The notes under the pieces were generated by a model, which saw only the letters and a list, made by a program, of their open reading frames with translations, made no database searches and was not told the origin of the DNA. This document shows positions 1 to 9,896 of a stretch of DNA of 64,000 nt, in pieces. This stretch comes from an uncultured delta proteobacterium (GTDB taxonomy: Bacteria; Desulfobacterota; Binatia; DP-6): assembly GCA_963815115.1 (NCBI GenBank), contig CAWFFN010000009.1, positions 1,152,001 to 1,216,000 on the forward strand, in the 5' to 3' direction. How positions within the stretch are numbered: the first letter of the stretch is position 1; each line of letters opens with the position of its first letter. The translations under genes were made by a program, and so were the position numbers.

Positions 1-235
1 TGTCGACGAAGCAGGTTCCGGTGATGGGAAGCCGGGGACGGAGCCCGGGGCCGAGCTCGAGGCGAGCCGCCGCGCGTTCGGCCAGCCCCGAGAGCAGGGG
101 CCAGGTGTTGAAGCGCTCGGGGGGGACGATCGTCGTCTCGGACCACAGCGCCCCGTAGAATCGCCGGTTGGCGGCGAGGCTGGACGCTTGCGCATTGCGA
201 TGGCCGGCTCGCACGGCCGCGACGCTAGCAGCCAC
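1..235 (-). CDS. class I SAM-dependent methyltransferase, N-terminal part (runs off window start)
   Basis: Manual minus-strand translation gives ...ANRRFYGALWSETTIVPPERFNTWPLLSGLAERAAARLELGPGLRPRLPITGTCFVD; LELGPG resembles SAM-binding motif I. Start codon uncertain. Confidence 0.5.
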   Translation of the reverse strand, partial: MAASVAAVRAGHRNAQASSLAANRRFYGALWSETTIVPPERFNTWPLLSGLAERAAARLELGPGLRPRLPITGTCFVD

Positions 236-317
236 GAGAATACTTACAATCCGCTCTTGCCCATTCGCCCGTCTGCCGACAACATGTCCCGGCAGGCATC
301 TGCCTGGAGCGCTACGG

Positions 318-1133
318 ATGGTGCACGCGATTCCCTGGACGCGGCCGCTTCTGGCGGCGACGAGCTCGGCGCTGGCCGCCGCGTTGCTCGCTCGTACCGA
401 CGGAGAGAACGTGCCGCTGTGGCTGGTGAGCGCACTCGGGCTGGCCACCGTCGCCACGTTCGGCTCGGGCCTCGTCTTCATGCGATCGGGACTGTTCGGG
501 CGTCCGATTCTCGGGGCCGATCCGACCCGCAGCGACGACCGGCTGGCGCTGACGTTCGACGACGGGCCGCACCCGGTGCACACGCGCGCGGTCCTCGACC
601 TGCTCGACGCGCGCGGCCACCGCGCCACCTTCTTCGTCATCGGCACCCGCGCCGCGCGCCACCCGGAGCTGCTCGCCGAGATCGTCCGGCGCGGTCACGC
701 GCTGGGGAACCATACCTACGCGCACTCGTGGGCGACGGCCGCACTCTCCGTTCGCCGGCTGGTCGCCGATCTGCAGCGCGCGCAGGCGACGCTCCGGGCC
801 GCCGGATGCGAGCCGCGCTGGTTCCGCCCGCCGATCGGCATCGTCTCGCCGCGCGTCAACGCGGCGGCGCGGCGCGCGGGCCTTCGCCTCGTCGGCTGGA
901 CGGTGTCGGCGCGCGACGGTGTCGCGACGCGTCCCGCGCGTGCGCTCGGCCGCCTGCTGCGGGGTGCGCGTCCCGGGGCGATCCTCGCCCTGCACGACGC
1001 GGCCGAGCACGGCGATCGCGTGCCTGTGGCCCTGCTGGTCCTGCCGCGGCTGCTCGACGAGCTCGAGGCCCGCAAGCTGCGCTCGGTGACCATCGACGAG
1101 CTGCTCGCGCCGGCCGAGCGACGTCCGGCCTGA
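318..1133 (+). CDS. polysaccharide deacetylase (NodB/CE4 family) with N-terminal membrane anchor
   Basis: Motifs LTFDDGP, ATFFVIG, GNHTYAH, FRPP and LALHD in ORF 168..1133; ATG at 318. Confidence 0.9.
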   Translation: MVHAIPWTRPLLAATSSALAAALLARTDGENVPLWLVSALGLATVATFGSGLVFMRSGLFGRPILGADPTRSDDRLALTFDDGPHPVHTRAVLDLLDARGHRATFFVIGTRAARHPELLAEIVRRGHALGNHTYAHSWATAALSVRRLVADLQRAQATLRAAGCEPRWFRPPIGIVSPRVNAAARRAGLRLVGWTVSARDGVATRPARALGRLLRGARPGAILALHDAAEHGDRVPVALLVLPRLLDELEARKLRSVTIDELLAPAERRPA

Positions 1134-1191
1134 TCCGCGGGCCCGGCGCGATTGTGCCACCCGCGCGGGCCGTGTTAACGCCGTAGTCGGG

Positions 1192-1431
1192 ATGCCCCGC
1201 CAGCCGGCCACCGTCACGATCGACGTCGAGCGCTGCAAGGGCTGCGTGCTCTGCGTCGACGTCTGCCCGCCGCACGTGCTGGTCATGACCGAGCACGAGG
1301 TGAATGGCATGGGCTACCGCTACCCGCTGCTGCTCGACGGCTGCACGGGCTGCGAGCTGTGCTTCCGCATCTGTCCCGACTTCTGCTTCGAGGTCTACCG
1401 CGGAGCGTCGGAGGAGGCCGCCGCGTCATGA
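1192..1431 (+). CDS. 2x[4Fe-4S] ferredoxin, delta subunit of 2-oxoacid:acceptor oxidoreductase
   Basis: [12 protein letters not shown] and [12 protein letters not shown]; stop overlaps the next start. Confidence 0.9.
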   Translation: MPRQPATVTIDVERCKGCVLCVDVCPPHVLVMTEHEVNGMGYRYPLLLDGCTGCELCFRICPDFCFEVYRGASEEAAAS

Positions 1432-2515
1432 GCGATCCGGGCGCCGCGAGCGCGCGCCGCGTGCTGATGGAGGGCAGCCACGCCATCGCCGAGGCGGCGA
1501 TCCAGGCGGGGTGCCGCTTCTACGCCGGCTACCCGATCACGCCGTCCACCGAGATCCTCGAGTACATGTCGTTCCGCCAGCCGCAGGTGGGCGGCGTGTG
1601 CGTCAATGCCGAGAGCGAGATCGAGGCCATCAACATGGTCTGGGGCGCCGCCGGCTGCGGCGTCCGCGCCATGATCGCGTCGACCGGACAGGGCATCAGC
1701 CTCATGCAGGAGTCGATGGCGGAGCTCTCGAACGCGCAGATCCCGTGCGTGGTCGTGAACATGATGCGCGGGCAGAGCGACTACTACCAGGCCACGCGGG
1801 GGGGGGACACGGCGACTACCGCCACCTCGTGCTGGCACCGCACACGGTTCAGGAAGCGGTGGATCTGATCGCGCTCGCCTTCCAGCTCGGCGACCGGTGG
1901 CGTACGCCGGTCGACGTCCTGGGCGACTTCGTGCTGGGGCACACGTCGGAGGCCGTGCAGTTCCGGACCATCGACGAGGCCGGCATCCCGCCCAAGGCGT
2001 GGGCCGCGACGGGCGCTCGCGGCCGGCGGGCGCACAACGTGACGCCGCTCGGCTCGCCCGAGAAGCTGCATCTCGAGCACGGTGCCCACTTCGCCGCGAT
2101 GAGCGAGAAATGCGCGCGCATGGCGGTGGAGAAGCGCTGCGAGACCGGCCTCCTCGAGGATGCCGATGTGGCGGTCGTCGCCTTCGGATCGCCGGCCCGG
2201 TTCGTCAAGTACGCCATCCGGCAGTGCCGTGCCCGGGGCCTCAAGGTCGGCTGGATACGGCCGGTGACCCTGTGGCCGTTCCCCGACGAGGTGGTCGCTG
2301 CGGCCGCCGAGCGCGTCCGCGCCGTCGCCGTGTTCGAGCAGAACGCCGGCCAGATGATCGACGACGTGCGCCTGGCGGTGCTGGGCCGCGCGCCCGTGGT
2401 CGCCATCGGCGGCATCAGCCACGACCATTCCGGCTTCGGGGTCGGACCGCTGCTCGAGCCGGCCAGCATCATCCGCCGGATCACCGACGTGTTCGAGGGA
2501 AGGGCCGCGGCATGA
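1428..2515 (+). CDS. 2-oxoacid:ferredoxin oxidoreductase alpha subunit (VorB-like), frameshifted at the G9 run 1798-1806
   Basis: [24 protein letters not shown] in ORF 1359..1868 continues as [13 protein letters not shown]...[12 protein letters not shown] in ORF 1304..2515; the frame changes in the poly-G. Confidence 0.85.
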
Positions 2516-3267
2516 CCACCGTCCCGCCGCTGAAGAAGGTGTCCGCGAAGCCGGACCTGCTGCTGTCGACCGAGCACTCGCTGTGCCCGGGGTGCGGCGA
2601 GCCGCTCGCGATGCGGACGATCCTCGAGCTGGTCGAGGAGCTCGGGCTGCGCGATCGCACGATCTGCGTCTGCGGCATCGGCTGCTACACGGCGTTCCCG
2701 GGCATCATCGACGTGGACGTGCTGCAGGCGTTGCACGGCCGCGCGCCGTCCGTGGCGACGGGTGCCAAGCGCGTCCTGCCCGACCGGTTCGTCTTCACCC
2801 TGCAGGGTGACGGCGACATGGTGAACGAGGGTCTCCAGGAGATCATCCATTGCGCCGCGCGTGGCGAGAAGTTCACGGCGGTGCTGCTCAACAACGGCGT
2901 CTTCGGCGAGACCGGCGGCCACATGACCGCCACCAGCGTCCTCGGCCAGCGCACCAAGACCACCATGGCGACCGGCCGCGTGGCGGAGCTGCACGGCTGG
3001 CCCATCAAGATCGCCGACCTGCTGGCACAGGTCGATGGCACCGCCTACGTGGCGCGCGGGGCGATGCACACGCCCGCGGCGATCAAGTGGACGAAGCAGT
3101 GCCTGCGCGACGCCTTCCGCGCGCAGCTCGACGGCAAGGGATTCTCGCTCGTCGAGATCCTCACCATGTGCCCGACCGACTGGTACGTGGAGCCGACCGA
3201 GACGCCCGAGTGGATCGAGCGCGAGTTCACGCCGACGTACCCGCTGCGCGTGCTCAAGGCGGTCTGA
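2512..3267 (+). CDS. 2-oxoacid:ferredoxin oxidoreductase beta subunit (TPP-binding)
   Basis: CPGCG, GIGC, HGRAP and QGDGD...NN TPP motif; ATGA overlap with the alpha gene. Confidence 0.9.
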   Translation: MTTVPPLKKVSAKPDLLLSTEHSLCPGCGEPLAMRTILELVEELGLRDRTICVCGIGCYTAFPGIIDVDVLQALHGRAPSVATGAKRVLPDRFVFTLQGDGDMVNEGLQEIIHCAARGEKFTAVLLNNGVFGETGGHMTATSVLGQRTKTTMATGRVAELHGWPIKIADLLAQVDGTAYVARGAMHTPAAIKWTKQCLRDAFRAQLDGKGFSLVEILTMCPTDWYVEPTETPEWIEREFTPTYPLRVLKAV

Positions 3268-3313
3268 GCCCGTGGCGAGCCGCGGGCGCGCGCGCGTCCC
3301 GGTGGCGGCCGAT

Positions 3314-3342
3314 TTGACCACCTGAGTGGTCAACGCTACGTT
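3314..3342 (+). promoter_or_regulatory. sigma-70 promoter with overlapping operator palindrome of the TA operon
   Basis: TTGACC(3314)-17 bp-TACGTT(3337); inverted repeat TTGACCAC-ctga-GTGGTCAA (3314-3333). Confidence 0.7.
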
Positions 3343-3348
3343 CGCCGC

Positions 3349-3612
3349 ATGAAGCGGCGGCGTCCGAGGACGGAGTCGAAAGCGATCGAACTCGGCGTGA
3401 GCGAGTTCAAAGCCCGTTGCCTCGCACTGCTCGAACAGGTGAGGAAGCGGGGCGACGAGCTGGTCGTCACGAAGCACGGGCGGCCGATCGCCCGGGTCGT
3501 GCCCGTACGCCAGCCCGGCGGACCGCTGCGGGGGAGCATGCGCGGGCTCATCGAGGTGCGTGGGGACATCGTGCACGTCGACTGGTCCGACGAATGGGAG
3601 GCGGCTCGGTGA
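3349..3612 (+). CDS. Phd/YefM family antitoxin
   Basis: VSEFKARCLALLEQV...VVTKHGRPIARVVP; overlaps the PIN toxin start. Confidence 0.9.
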   Translation: MKRRRPRTESKAIELGVSEFKARCLALLEQVRKRGDELVVTKHGRPIARVVPVRQPGGPLRGSMRGLIEVRGDIVHVDWSDEWEAAR

Positions 3613-4007
3613 GGCTGCTGCTCGACACCCACGTCCTCGTCTGGTGGCTCCTGGGCGAGGGAGCCCTCGCGCCGGAACAGGAGGCGGCGCTGGAATCTGC
3701 GGAGACCGGCGGGGAAGTCCTCGGCCTCGCGGCCGTCAGCCTGTGGGAGATCGCAAAGCTCTGCGAGCGTCAGCGGCTGGTTCTCGCCACGACGCCGGAC
3801 GCATTCCTCGAGCGCATCGAGACCGACGGGCGGATCGCGGTGCTCCCGTTGGACGGCCGCGTAGCGCTCGAGAGCACCAGGCTCGGGTCGCGGTTCCATC
3901 GCGATCCCGCCGATCAGCTCATCGCCGCCACCGCACGGGTGCACGGGCTGCGGCTGGTCACGGCCGACGAGCACATCCGGGCGTCGGGCGCGGTGGCCGT
4001 GCTCTGA
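3609..4007 (+). CDS. vapC: VapC family PIN-domain toxin
   Basis: GTG start; LLLDTHVLVW, SLWEI, HRDPADQLIAATA, LVTAD. Confidence 0.9.
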   Translation: MRLLLDTHVLVWWLLGEGALAPEQEAALESAETGGEVLGLAAVSLWEIAKLCERQRLVLATTPDAFLERIETDGRIAVLPLDGRVALESTRLGSRFHRDPADQLIAATARVHGLRLVTADEHIRASGAVAVL

Positions 4008-4088
4008 CGTCGCTCGTCGCGGTGGCGTCCTTCACGCCGGCCTTCGGGGGCTTGCCAGGGCGCCCCGTCGAGGCGAAGATACGGCGAA

Positions 4089-5132
4089 ATGGAGCCGCCG
4101 CTTCGTCACCGCGGAACCAGCGCCAACCCCGCGAACCGGTTCGAGACCCTGCACCTGGAAGCGGACGAGGCGACCGACGGCAGCGCGCCCACCATCTACT
4201 ACCGTGATGCCAGCCGCAGCGTGCTGGCGGAGAACGACAGCCCCGACGTCGGGTTCCGATTCAGCCTGAACCCGTACCGCGGCTGCGAGCACGGCTGTGC
4301 CTACTGCTACGCGCGCCCCAGCCACGAGTACCTCGGCTTCAGCGCCGGACTCGACTTCGAGCGCCGCATCATGGTCAAGGACGACGCCCCGGCGCTGCTC
4401 CGGCGCGCGCTCTCGTCACCGCGCTGGGAGCCGCAGGTCGTGGCGCTGTCGGGCAACACGGATTGCTACCAGCCGGTGGAGCGCCGCCTCGGCCTCACCC
4501 GTCGCTGCCTCGAGGTCTTCGCCGAGTTTCGCAATCCGGTGGGCGTCGTGACCAAGTCGGCGCTGGTGGCGCGCGACGCCGACCTGCTCGCCGAGCTGTC
4601 GCGCCACGGCGCCGCCCACGTCTGCTGCTCGGTGACCACGCTCGACGCCGACCTGGCGCGGCGCATGGAGCCGCGAGCGGCGCAGCCGGAGAAACGCCTC
4701 GAGGCGATCGCGACGCTGGCTGCCGCCGGCGTGCCGGTGGCGGTGCTGATCGGTCCGGTGATCCCGGGCCTGAACGATGCAGAGATCCCGCGCATCCTCG
4801 CCGCGGCAGCGGGCGCGGGCGCCACCAGCGCCGCCTGGGTTCTCCTGCGCCTGCCGAAGCCGATCGATTCGCTGTTCGTCGGCTGGCTCGACGATCAGTT
4901 TCCCGAGCGCAAGGAGCGCATCCTCCACCGCATCGAGGACACGCGCGGCGGGCGTCGCAGCGACTCCACCTTCGGCCGCCGAAAGCGCGGGCAGGGCGAG
5001 TACGCGGCGCAGATCGCGGCGCTGTTCGACGCCGCCGCGCGCAAGCACGGCCTCCATCGGCCGCTGCCGCCGCTCAGCGCGGCCGCGTTCCGCCGGCCGC
5101 CGGCCGCGGGCGATCAGCTGCGGTTGCTCTAG
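4089..5132 (+). CDS. PA0069/Rv2578c-family radical SAM protein
   Basis: NPYRGCEHGCAYCYAR (CxxxCxxC), TDCYQP.ER, C-terminal QLRLL. Confidence 0.9.
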   Translation: MEPPLRHRGTSANPANRFETLHLEADEATDGSAPTIYYRDASRSVLAENDSPDVGFRFSLNPYRGCEHGCAYCYARPSHEYLGFSAGLDFERRIMVKDDAPALLRRALSSPRWEPQVVALSGNTDCYQPVERRLGLTRRCLEVFAEFRNPVGVVTKSALVARDADLLAELSRHGAAHVCCSVTTLDADLARRMEPRAAQPEKRLEAIATLAAAGVPVAVLIGPVIPGLNDAEIPRILAAAAGAGATSAAWVLLRLPKPIDSLFVGWLDDQFPERKERILHRIEDTRGGRRSDSTFGRRKRGQGEYAAQIAALFDAAARKHGLHRPLPPLSAAAFRRPPAAGDQLRLL

Positions 5133-5180
5133 ACGCGAGCGCGCTTGACAGCGCCGCGCCGGCCCGTGTTGAAGACGCCC

Positions 5181-5609
5181 ATGCGGTTGCTTCGCCCCGT
5201 GCTCCTCGTCCTCCTCGTCCTCGTCGTCGCTGGTGGCTGCGGCATGCGGAAGAAGGAGAAGCACGTCCAGACCGTCGAGAACAATCTCATCGCGGCGGGC
5301 TTCAGGACCGTGCTCGCCGATACGGCCGACAAGCGTACCCAGCTGCGCGGGTTGCCGTCGCGCCGGCTGACCGAGAAGGAGCGCGACGGCAAGCGCTACT
5401 ACTGGTACGCCGACGCCGACGGCTGCGGCTGCGCCTACGTCGGCGGCGAGAAGGCGTATCGCCGCTACGATGCCCTCGCCCAGGAGGGCGACATACGCGC
5501 GAGCGACAAGGCCGACGCGAAGATGCTGCGCAACGTCGAGGCGGTCGAGGACACGCCCGGTGACGCGTGGTTCTGGCAGGACGTGGCTCCCGAATTCTTC
5601 CCGCGATGA
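5181..5609 (+). CDS. hypothetical lipoprotein
   Basis: Hydrophobic signal ending VAGGC; strong GC3 codon bias. Confidence 0.65.
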   Translation: MRLLRPVLLVLLVLVVAGGCGMRKKEKHVQTVENNLIAAGFRTVLADTADKRTQLRGLPSRRLTEKERDGKRYYWYADADGCGCAYVGGEKAYRRYDALAQEGDIRASDKADAKMLRNVEAVEDTPGDAWFWQDVAPEFFPR

Positions 5610-6770
5610 ACCTGTCGTACACCCCCGACGAGGAGCGCTTCCGCGCCGAGCTGCGCGCCTGGCTCGAAGCGAACCCGCCGGGGCCGGAGCCGGAGCGGCT
5701 CGACGAGTGGGTCGCCTACGGCAAGGCCTGGCAGCGGAAGCTCTACGAGGCCGGCTGGTGCGGCATCGCGTGGCCGCGCCGAGTACGGCGGCCGCGGCGC
5801 GTCGCTGATCGAGCAGATCATCTTCCAGGAGGAGATGGCGCGCGCCCAGGCGCCGCTGCTGATCAACCTGGCCGGCCTGACCATGGGCGGACCGGTGCTG
5901 ATCGCGCACGGCACCGAGGAGCAGAAGCGCCGCCACCTCCAGCGCATCCTCGCGGCCGACGAGATCTGGTGCCAGGGCTTCTCCGAGCCCAACGCCGGCT
6001 CCGATCTGGCGGCGCTGCGCACGCGCGCCGTCCTCGACGGCGACCACTTCGTCGTGAACGGCCAGAAGGTGTGGACGAGCTTCGCGCGCTACGCCGACTG
6101 GTGCATGGTGCTGGTGCGCACCGATCCCGACGCGCCGAAGCACAAGGGCATCACCTTCCTCCTGGTCGACATGCACAGCCCCGGGGTCGGCGTGCGCCCG
6201 CTCAGGCAGATCAGCGGCGACGAGGACTTCAACGAGGTGTTCTTCGAGGACGTGCGCGTGCCGCGGGCGAACGTGGTCGGGGAGATCAACGGCGGCTGGG
6301 AGATCGCCATCACGTGTCTCATGCACGAGCGCCAGACGCTCACCTTCAGCCGCCAGCTGCAGTCGGCGTGGCGCTGAACGACATGCTGGCGCTGGCGCGC
6401 GAGACGCGGTACCGTCCGCACGACCCGCTCGCGCGACAGGCGCTCGCAGGCGCCGTCGTCGACTCGCACGCCATGCGCTACACGGCCTACCGCAACCTGA
6501 CCCGCGCGCTGCGCGGCGGGGTGCCCGGGCCGGAGGGCTCGATCGAGAAGCTCTTCTGGAGCGAGATGTACCAGCGCATGCTGGAAGCGGCGATCGGCCT
6601 GCTCGGACCCGTACGGCATCCTGCTGAAAGGCTCCGCCCACGCCGTCGACGAGGGACGCTGGCCACATCTGTTCCTGTACTCGCGCGGTCGGACGATCGC
6701 CGCGGGCACCTCGGAGATGCAGCGCAACATCATCGCCGAGCGCGTCCTGCGGCTCCCCCGCGGAAGCTGA
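5606..6770 (+). CDS. acyl-CoA dehydrogenase with three apparent frameshifts (~5780, ~6365, ~6610)
   Basis: Pieces in successive frames: FRAELRAWL...WP, WCQGFSEPNAGSDLA, NGQKVWTS, FNEVFFEDV, TIAAGTSEMQRNIIAER. Confidence 0.85.
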
Positions 6771-6877
6771 CCCCGGACCCGCCGGCGCAGCGGACGGGTT
6801 GCGCCTGAAGGGGCCGGTGCAGTACGCATGCTGCAGCGGGCGACGGCGGCATGCTGGAGAACCGGCCCGAGAGCGCC

Positions 6878-6893
6878 CGGCACGCGAGTTGCT
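6878..6893 (+). promoter_or_regulatory. sigma-54 (-24/-12) promoter
   Basis: CGGCACGCGAGTTGCT matches YGGCACG-N4-TTGCW, 18 nt upstream of the kinase ATG. Confidence 0.65.
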
Positions 6894-6911
6894 CGTGACG
6901 AGGACAGGCGA

Positions 6912-8171
6912 ATGGCCTTCATCGGATTCGTCATCGCGCTGATGTTCTTCTGGCACTTCAAGAAGCGGCTGGGTTCTTCCCGGCGCGGGAACCTCGACTC
7001 GTGGTCGCGCCACGGCCACGAGCCCCGGCTGCACTGGCACAACGACTGGAAGCAGCAGTGGGCGGAGTGGAACCGGCACTGGGCCGAGCAGGCGCAGTGC
7101 TACGGCGACAAGCACGCCGACTGGCATCGCAAGTGGGCTGCCAAGATGGAACGCCACGCCGAGCGTGATCGCCGGCGCGAGGAGCGCAGGGCGGAGCGCC
7201 GCAACGGCGGTCACGATCCCGAGCAGCCGACGACCGAGGAACACATCCTGGCACGCGCCCGCCGCCAGGCGGCGGCGGAGACCGGCTTCTACGTGCATCT
7301 CACCACCTACACCGGCGTGATCGCGCTGCTCGCCCTGATCAACCTGATGACCACCTGGTATCCCTGGTTCCTGTGGCCGGCGCTCGGGTGGGGCTTCGGG
7401 CTGTTCTCGCACTGGATGGGCGTCTTCGGGTCGCGCGCCCTGAAGGCGCGCTACTTCGATCCCGCGGTGGAGCGCGAGCTGCAGCGCGAGAAGGTCGTCA
7501 TGCAGACCGAGAAGCAGGCGAGCCTGGGAGAGCTGTCGTCGACCATCGCGCACGAGATCCGCAACCCCATCGCCGCAGCCAAGAGCCTGGTCCAGCAGAT
7601 GGGCGAGGACCCGCAGTCGGTGGAGAACGTCGAGTACGCCAAGGTCGCGCTCGACGAGCTCGACCGCGTCGAGCGGCGCATCGCGCACCTCCTCAGGTTC
7701 GCCAAGGAAGAGGACTACGTCCTGGCGCCGGCCAACCTCGCCGCCGTGGTCGACTCGGCGCTCACCCAGATGCGCAGCAAGCTCGACGCCGCGCGGGTGG
7801 CCGCGGTGCGCAACTACATCGCCGGGCCGACGGTCGTGGTCGACGCGGAGAAGCTGAAGCAGGTGTTCGCGAACGTGCTCGACAACGCCATCGATGCCTT
7901 CGACGGCGTCCCGGAGAACCGCCGCATCGAGCTGTTCATCGAGAACGGCGGCAACGACGCCGTGGTCCGCATCCGCGACAACGGCAGCGGCATTCCCGCG
8001 GAGAAGCTCGGACGCATTTTCAACCCCTTCTTCACCACCAAGGAGAAGGGCACGGGGCTGGGCATGGCGATCTCGAAGAAGATCGTCGAGGCCCACGCCG
8101 GCACCATGGACGCGGCCAGCGAGGTGGGTCGGGGGACGGAGTTCGTCGTCAGCCTCCCGCTGCCGAGGTGA
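6912..8171 (+). CDS. sensor histidine kinase with 2TM-type membrane domain
   Basis: H-box IAHEIRNPI, N-box NVLDNA, DNGSGI, FFTTK-GTGLGM; 2TM-like FYVHL..Y..V...L..IN..WFLWPALGWGFGL. Confidence 0.9.
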   Translation: MAFIGFVIALMFFWHFKKRLGSSRRGNLDSWSRHGHEPRLHWHNDWKQQWAEWNRHWAEQAQCYGDKHADWHRKWAAKMERHAERDRRREERRAERRNGGHDPEQPTTEEHILARARRQAAAETGFYVHLTTYTGVIALLALINLMTTWYPWFLWPALGWGFGLFSHWMGVFGSRALKARYFDPAVERELQREKVVMQTEKQASLGELSSTIAHEIRNPIAAAKSLVQQMGEDPQSVENVEYAKVALDELDRVERRIAHLLRFAKEEDYVLAPANLAAVVDSALTQMRSKLDAARVAAVRNYIAGPTVVVDAEKLKQVFANVLDNAIDAFDGVPENRRIELFIENGGNDAVVRIRDNGSGIPAEKLGRIFNPFFTTKEKGTGLGMAISKKIVEAHAGTMDAASEVGRGTEFVVSLPLPR

Positions 8172-8175
8172 CGGC

Positions 8176-9573
8176 ATGATCGGACGCATCCTCATCGTCG
8201 ACGACGAGAAGGCGCTCCTCCTGGCGCTGCGCGGCCTGCTCTCGAGGGAGGGCTACCAGGTCGAGACGGCGACCAGCGGCGAGGAGGCGATCCGCCGCAT
8301 CGAGACCGGCATCTTCCACCTCGTGGTCACCGATCTCAGCATGAACGGGGTCAGCGGGATGGACGTCCTCGAGCGCGCCCGCGCCCTCGATCCCGACCTC
8401 GCCGTGATCATGATCACGGCCCACGGCTCGGAGAAGGCGGCCGTGCAGGCGATGAAGCTGGGCGCATCCGACTACATCCCGAAGCCGTTCGACAACGACG
8501 AGCTGCGGGTCGTCGTGCGCCGGGTGATGGAAGGCGTGCTCCTGCGCCGCGACCATCGCCGGCTCCTCGAGCAGGTGCACGGGACCTACAGCTTCGAGCG
8601 CATCGTCGGCACCAGCCCCTCGATGCACCGGCTCTTCGAGACCATCGACCGCATCGCCGACACCGACGTGACGGTGCTCATCCGGGGCGAGAGCGGGACC
8701 GGGAAGGAGCTGGTGGCCAACGCGCTGCACTACCGCGGCCCGCGCCGCGCGAAGCCGCTGGTGAAGACCAACTGCGCCGCGCTGTCGCGCGAGCTGGTCG
8801 AGAGCGAGCTCTTCGGGCACGAGCGCGGCGCCTTCACGGGCGCGATCGCGCGCCGGGAAGGGAAGTTCGAGGCGGCCGACGGCGGCACGCTGCTGCTCGA
8901 CGAGTGCGGCGACATGCCGCTCGAGACGCAGGCGAAGCTGCTGCGCGCCCTGCAGGAGAAGGAGTTCGAGCGGGTGGGCGGCAATCAGCCCATCCGGGTC
9001 GACGTGCGCGTCCTCGCCGCCACCAACCAGGACCTCGAGGCGGCGGTGCGCGCGGGGCGATTCCGCGAGGACCTCTACTACCGCCTGCGCGTCATCGAGC
9101 TGGTGATCCCGCCCCTGGCGGAGCGGCGCGAGGACATCCCGCTCCTGATCGATCACCTGTTGAAGGACGCGGCCGGGCGCTTCGGGCGCGAGGTGAAGCC
9201 GCTCACCGCGGACGCGCTGCGTGCCTGCGTCGCCCACGAGTGGAAGGGCAACGTGCGTGAGCTCAGATCGGCGGTCGAGCAGGCGCTGCTGCTCGCGCCC
9301 GGCCCGGAGATCACGCCCGCCGACCTCTTCGGCGCCGCCGTTCCCGGCGACGGTGACGGCGCCGAGGCGATGCCGGCGCTCGCGTCGGGGCTGCCGTTCC
9401 GCGAGGCCAAGGAGCGCGTCGTCGAGGCGTTCGAGCGCGATTTCCTCGTCCAGGCGCTCAGGCGTCACGGCGGCAACATCACCAAGGCGGCGGAGGAGGT
9501 CGGCATGTACCGCCAGAACTTCCAGCAGAAAATGCGCGAGCTCGGCATCACGGCCGACGACGCCGCCCGCTAG
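8176..9573 (+). CDS. sigma-54-dependent response regulator (NtrC/AtoC type)
   Basis: Receiver domain (ILIVDDE), GESGTGKE, GAFTGA, FREDLYYRL, Fis-type HTH. Confidence 0.95.
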   Translation: MIGRILIVDDEKALLLALRGLLSREGYQVETATSGEEAIRRIETGIFHLVVTDLSMNGVSGMDVLERARALDPDLAVIMITAHGSEKAAVQAMKLGASDYIPKPFDNDELRVVVRRVMEGVLLRRDHRRLLEQVHGTYSFERIVGTSPSMHRLFETIDRIADTDVTVLIRGESGTGKELVANALHYRGPRRAKPLVKTNCAALSRELVESELFGHERGAFTGAIARREGKFEAADGGTLLLDECGDMPLETQAKLLRALQEKEFERVGGNQPIRVDVRVLAATNQDLEAAVRAGRFREDLYYRLRVIELVIPPLAERREDIPLLIDHLLKDAAGRFGREVKPLTADALRACVAHEWKGNVRELRSAVEQALLLAPGPEITPADLFGAAVPGDGDGAEAMPALASGLPFREAKERVVEAFERDFLVQALRRHGGNITKAAEEVGMYRQNFQQKMRELGITADDAAR

Positions 9574-9873
9574 GAGAGCGACCCGAGACTCCGTCTCGGG
9601 TCGGGATGGAGAGCGAGAATGAGACTTGATGAACAGTGCGGCCGTCGTGCCGCGGCCGGCGAAGCCGGCGCGGCAGACGTTTCGGAGCGCGATGCTGTCG
9701 ATGAGACGGCACGCTTGCAGGCGACGCAGGACGGGCTGGCCCAGAGCTTCGGGCGTGCCACGTTTTGCCGCGCCGGCTTTGCCGGCCGCGGCACGGCCTC
9801 CGCCCGATCCATCGAAGGCCACACCCTCGCCTCCGCTTTCGACCCGAGACGGAGTCTCGGGTCGCGCTCCTAG
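9570..9873. mobile_element. 304-bp MITE/REPIN-like element, copy 1
   Basis: CTAG at both ends; terminal inverted repeats containing hairpin CGACCCGAGAC-NNN-GTCTCGGGTCG; internal inverted pair GTGCCGCGGCCGGC..GCCGGCGCGGCA; homologous to 23777-24080 and 22591-22730. Confidence 0.8.
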
Positions 9874-9896
9874 CCGCCGCGCACAGGAGGGTCACG

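Noticed and set aside
4416-8195. Very long antisense or alternate-frame ORFs (e.g. 4416..8195-, 22146..25220-, 22640..26524+, 57159..59795+)
   Set aside because: Shadow ORFs of high-GC genes: Arg/Ala/Pro-rich, no motifs, overlapping well-supported genes.
9570-9873. CRISPR or tRNA interpretation of the palindromic repeats, and small ORFs within them
   Set aside because: No repeat-spacer periodicity, no cas genes, no cloverleaf; ORF starts and strands are not consistent between copies.
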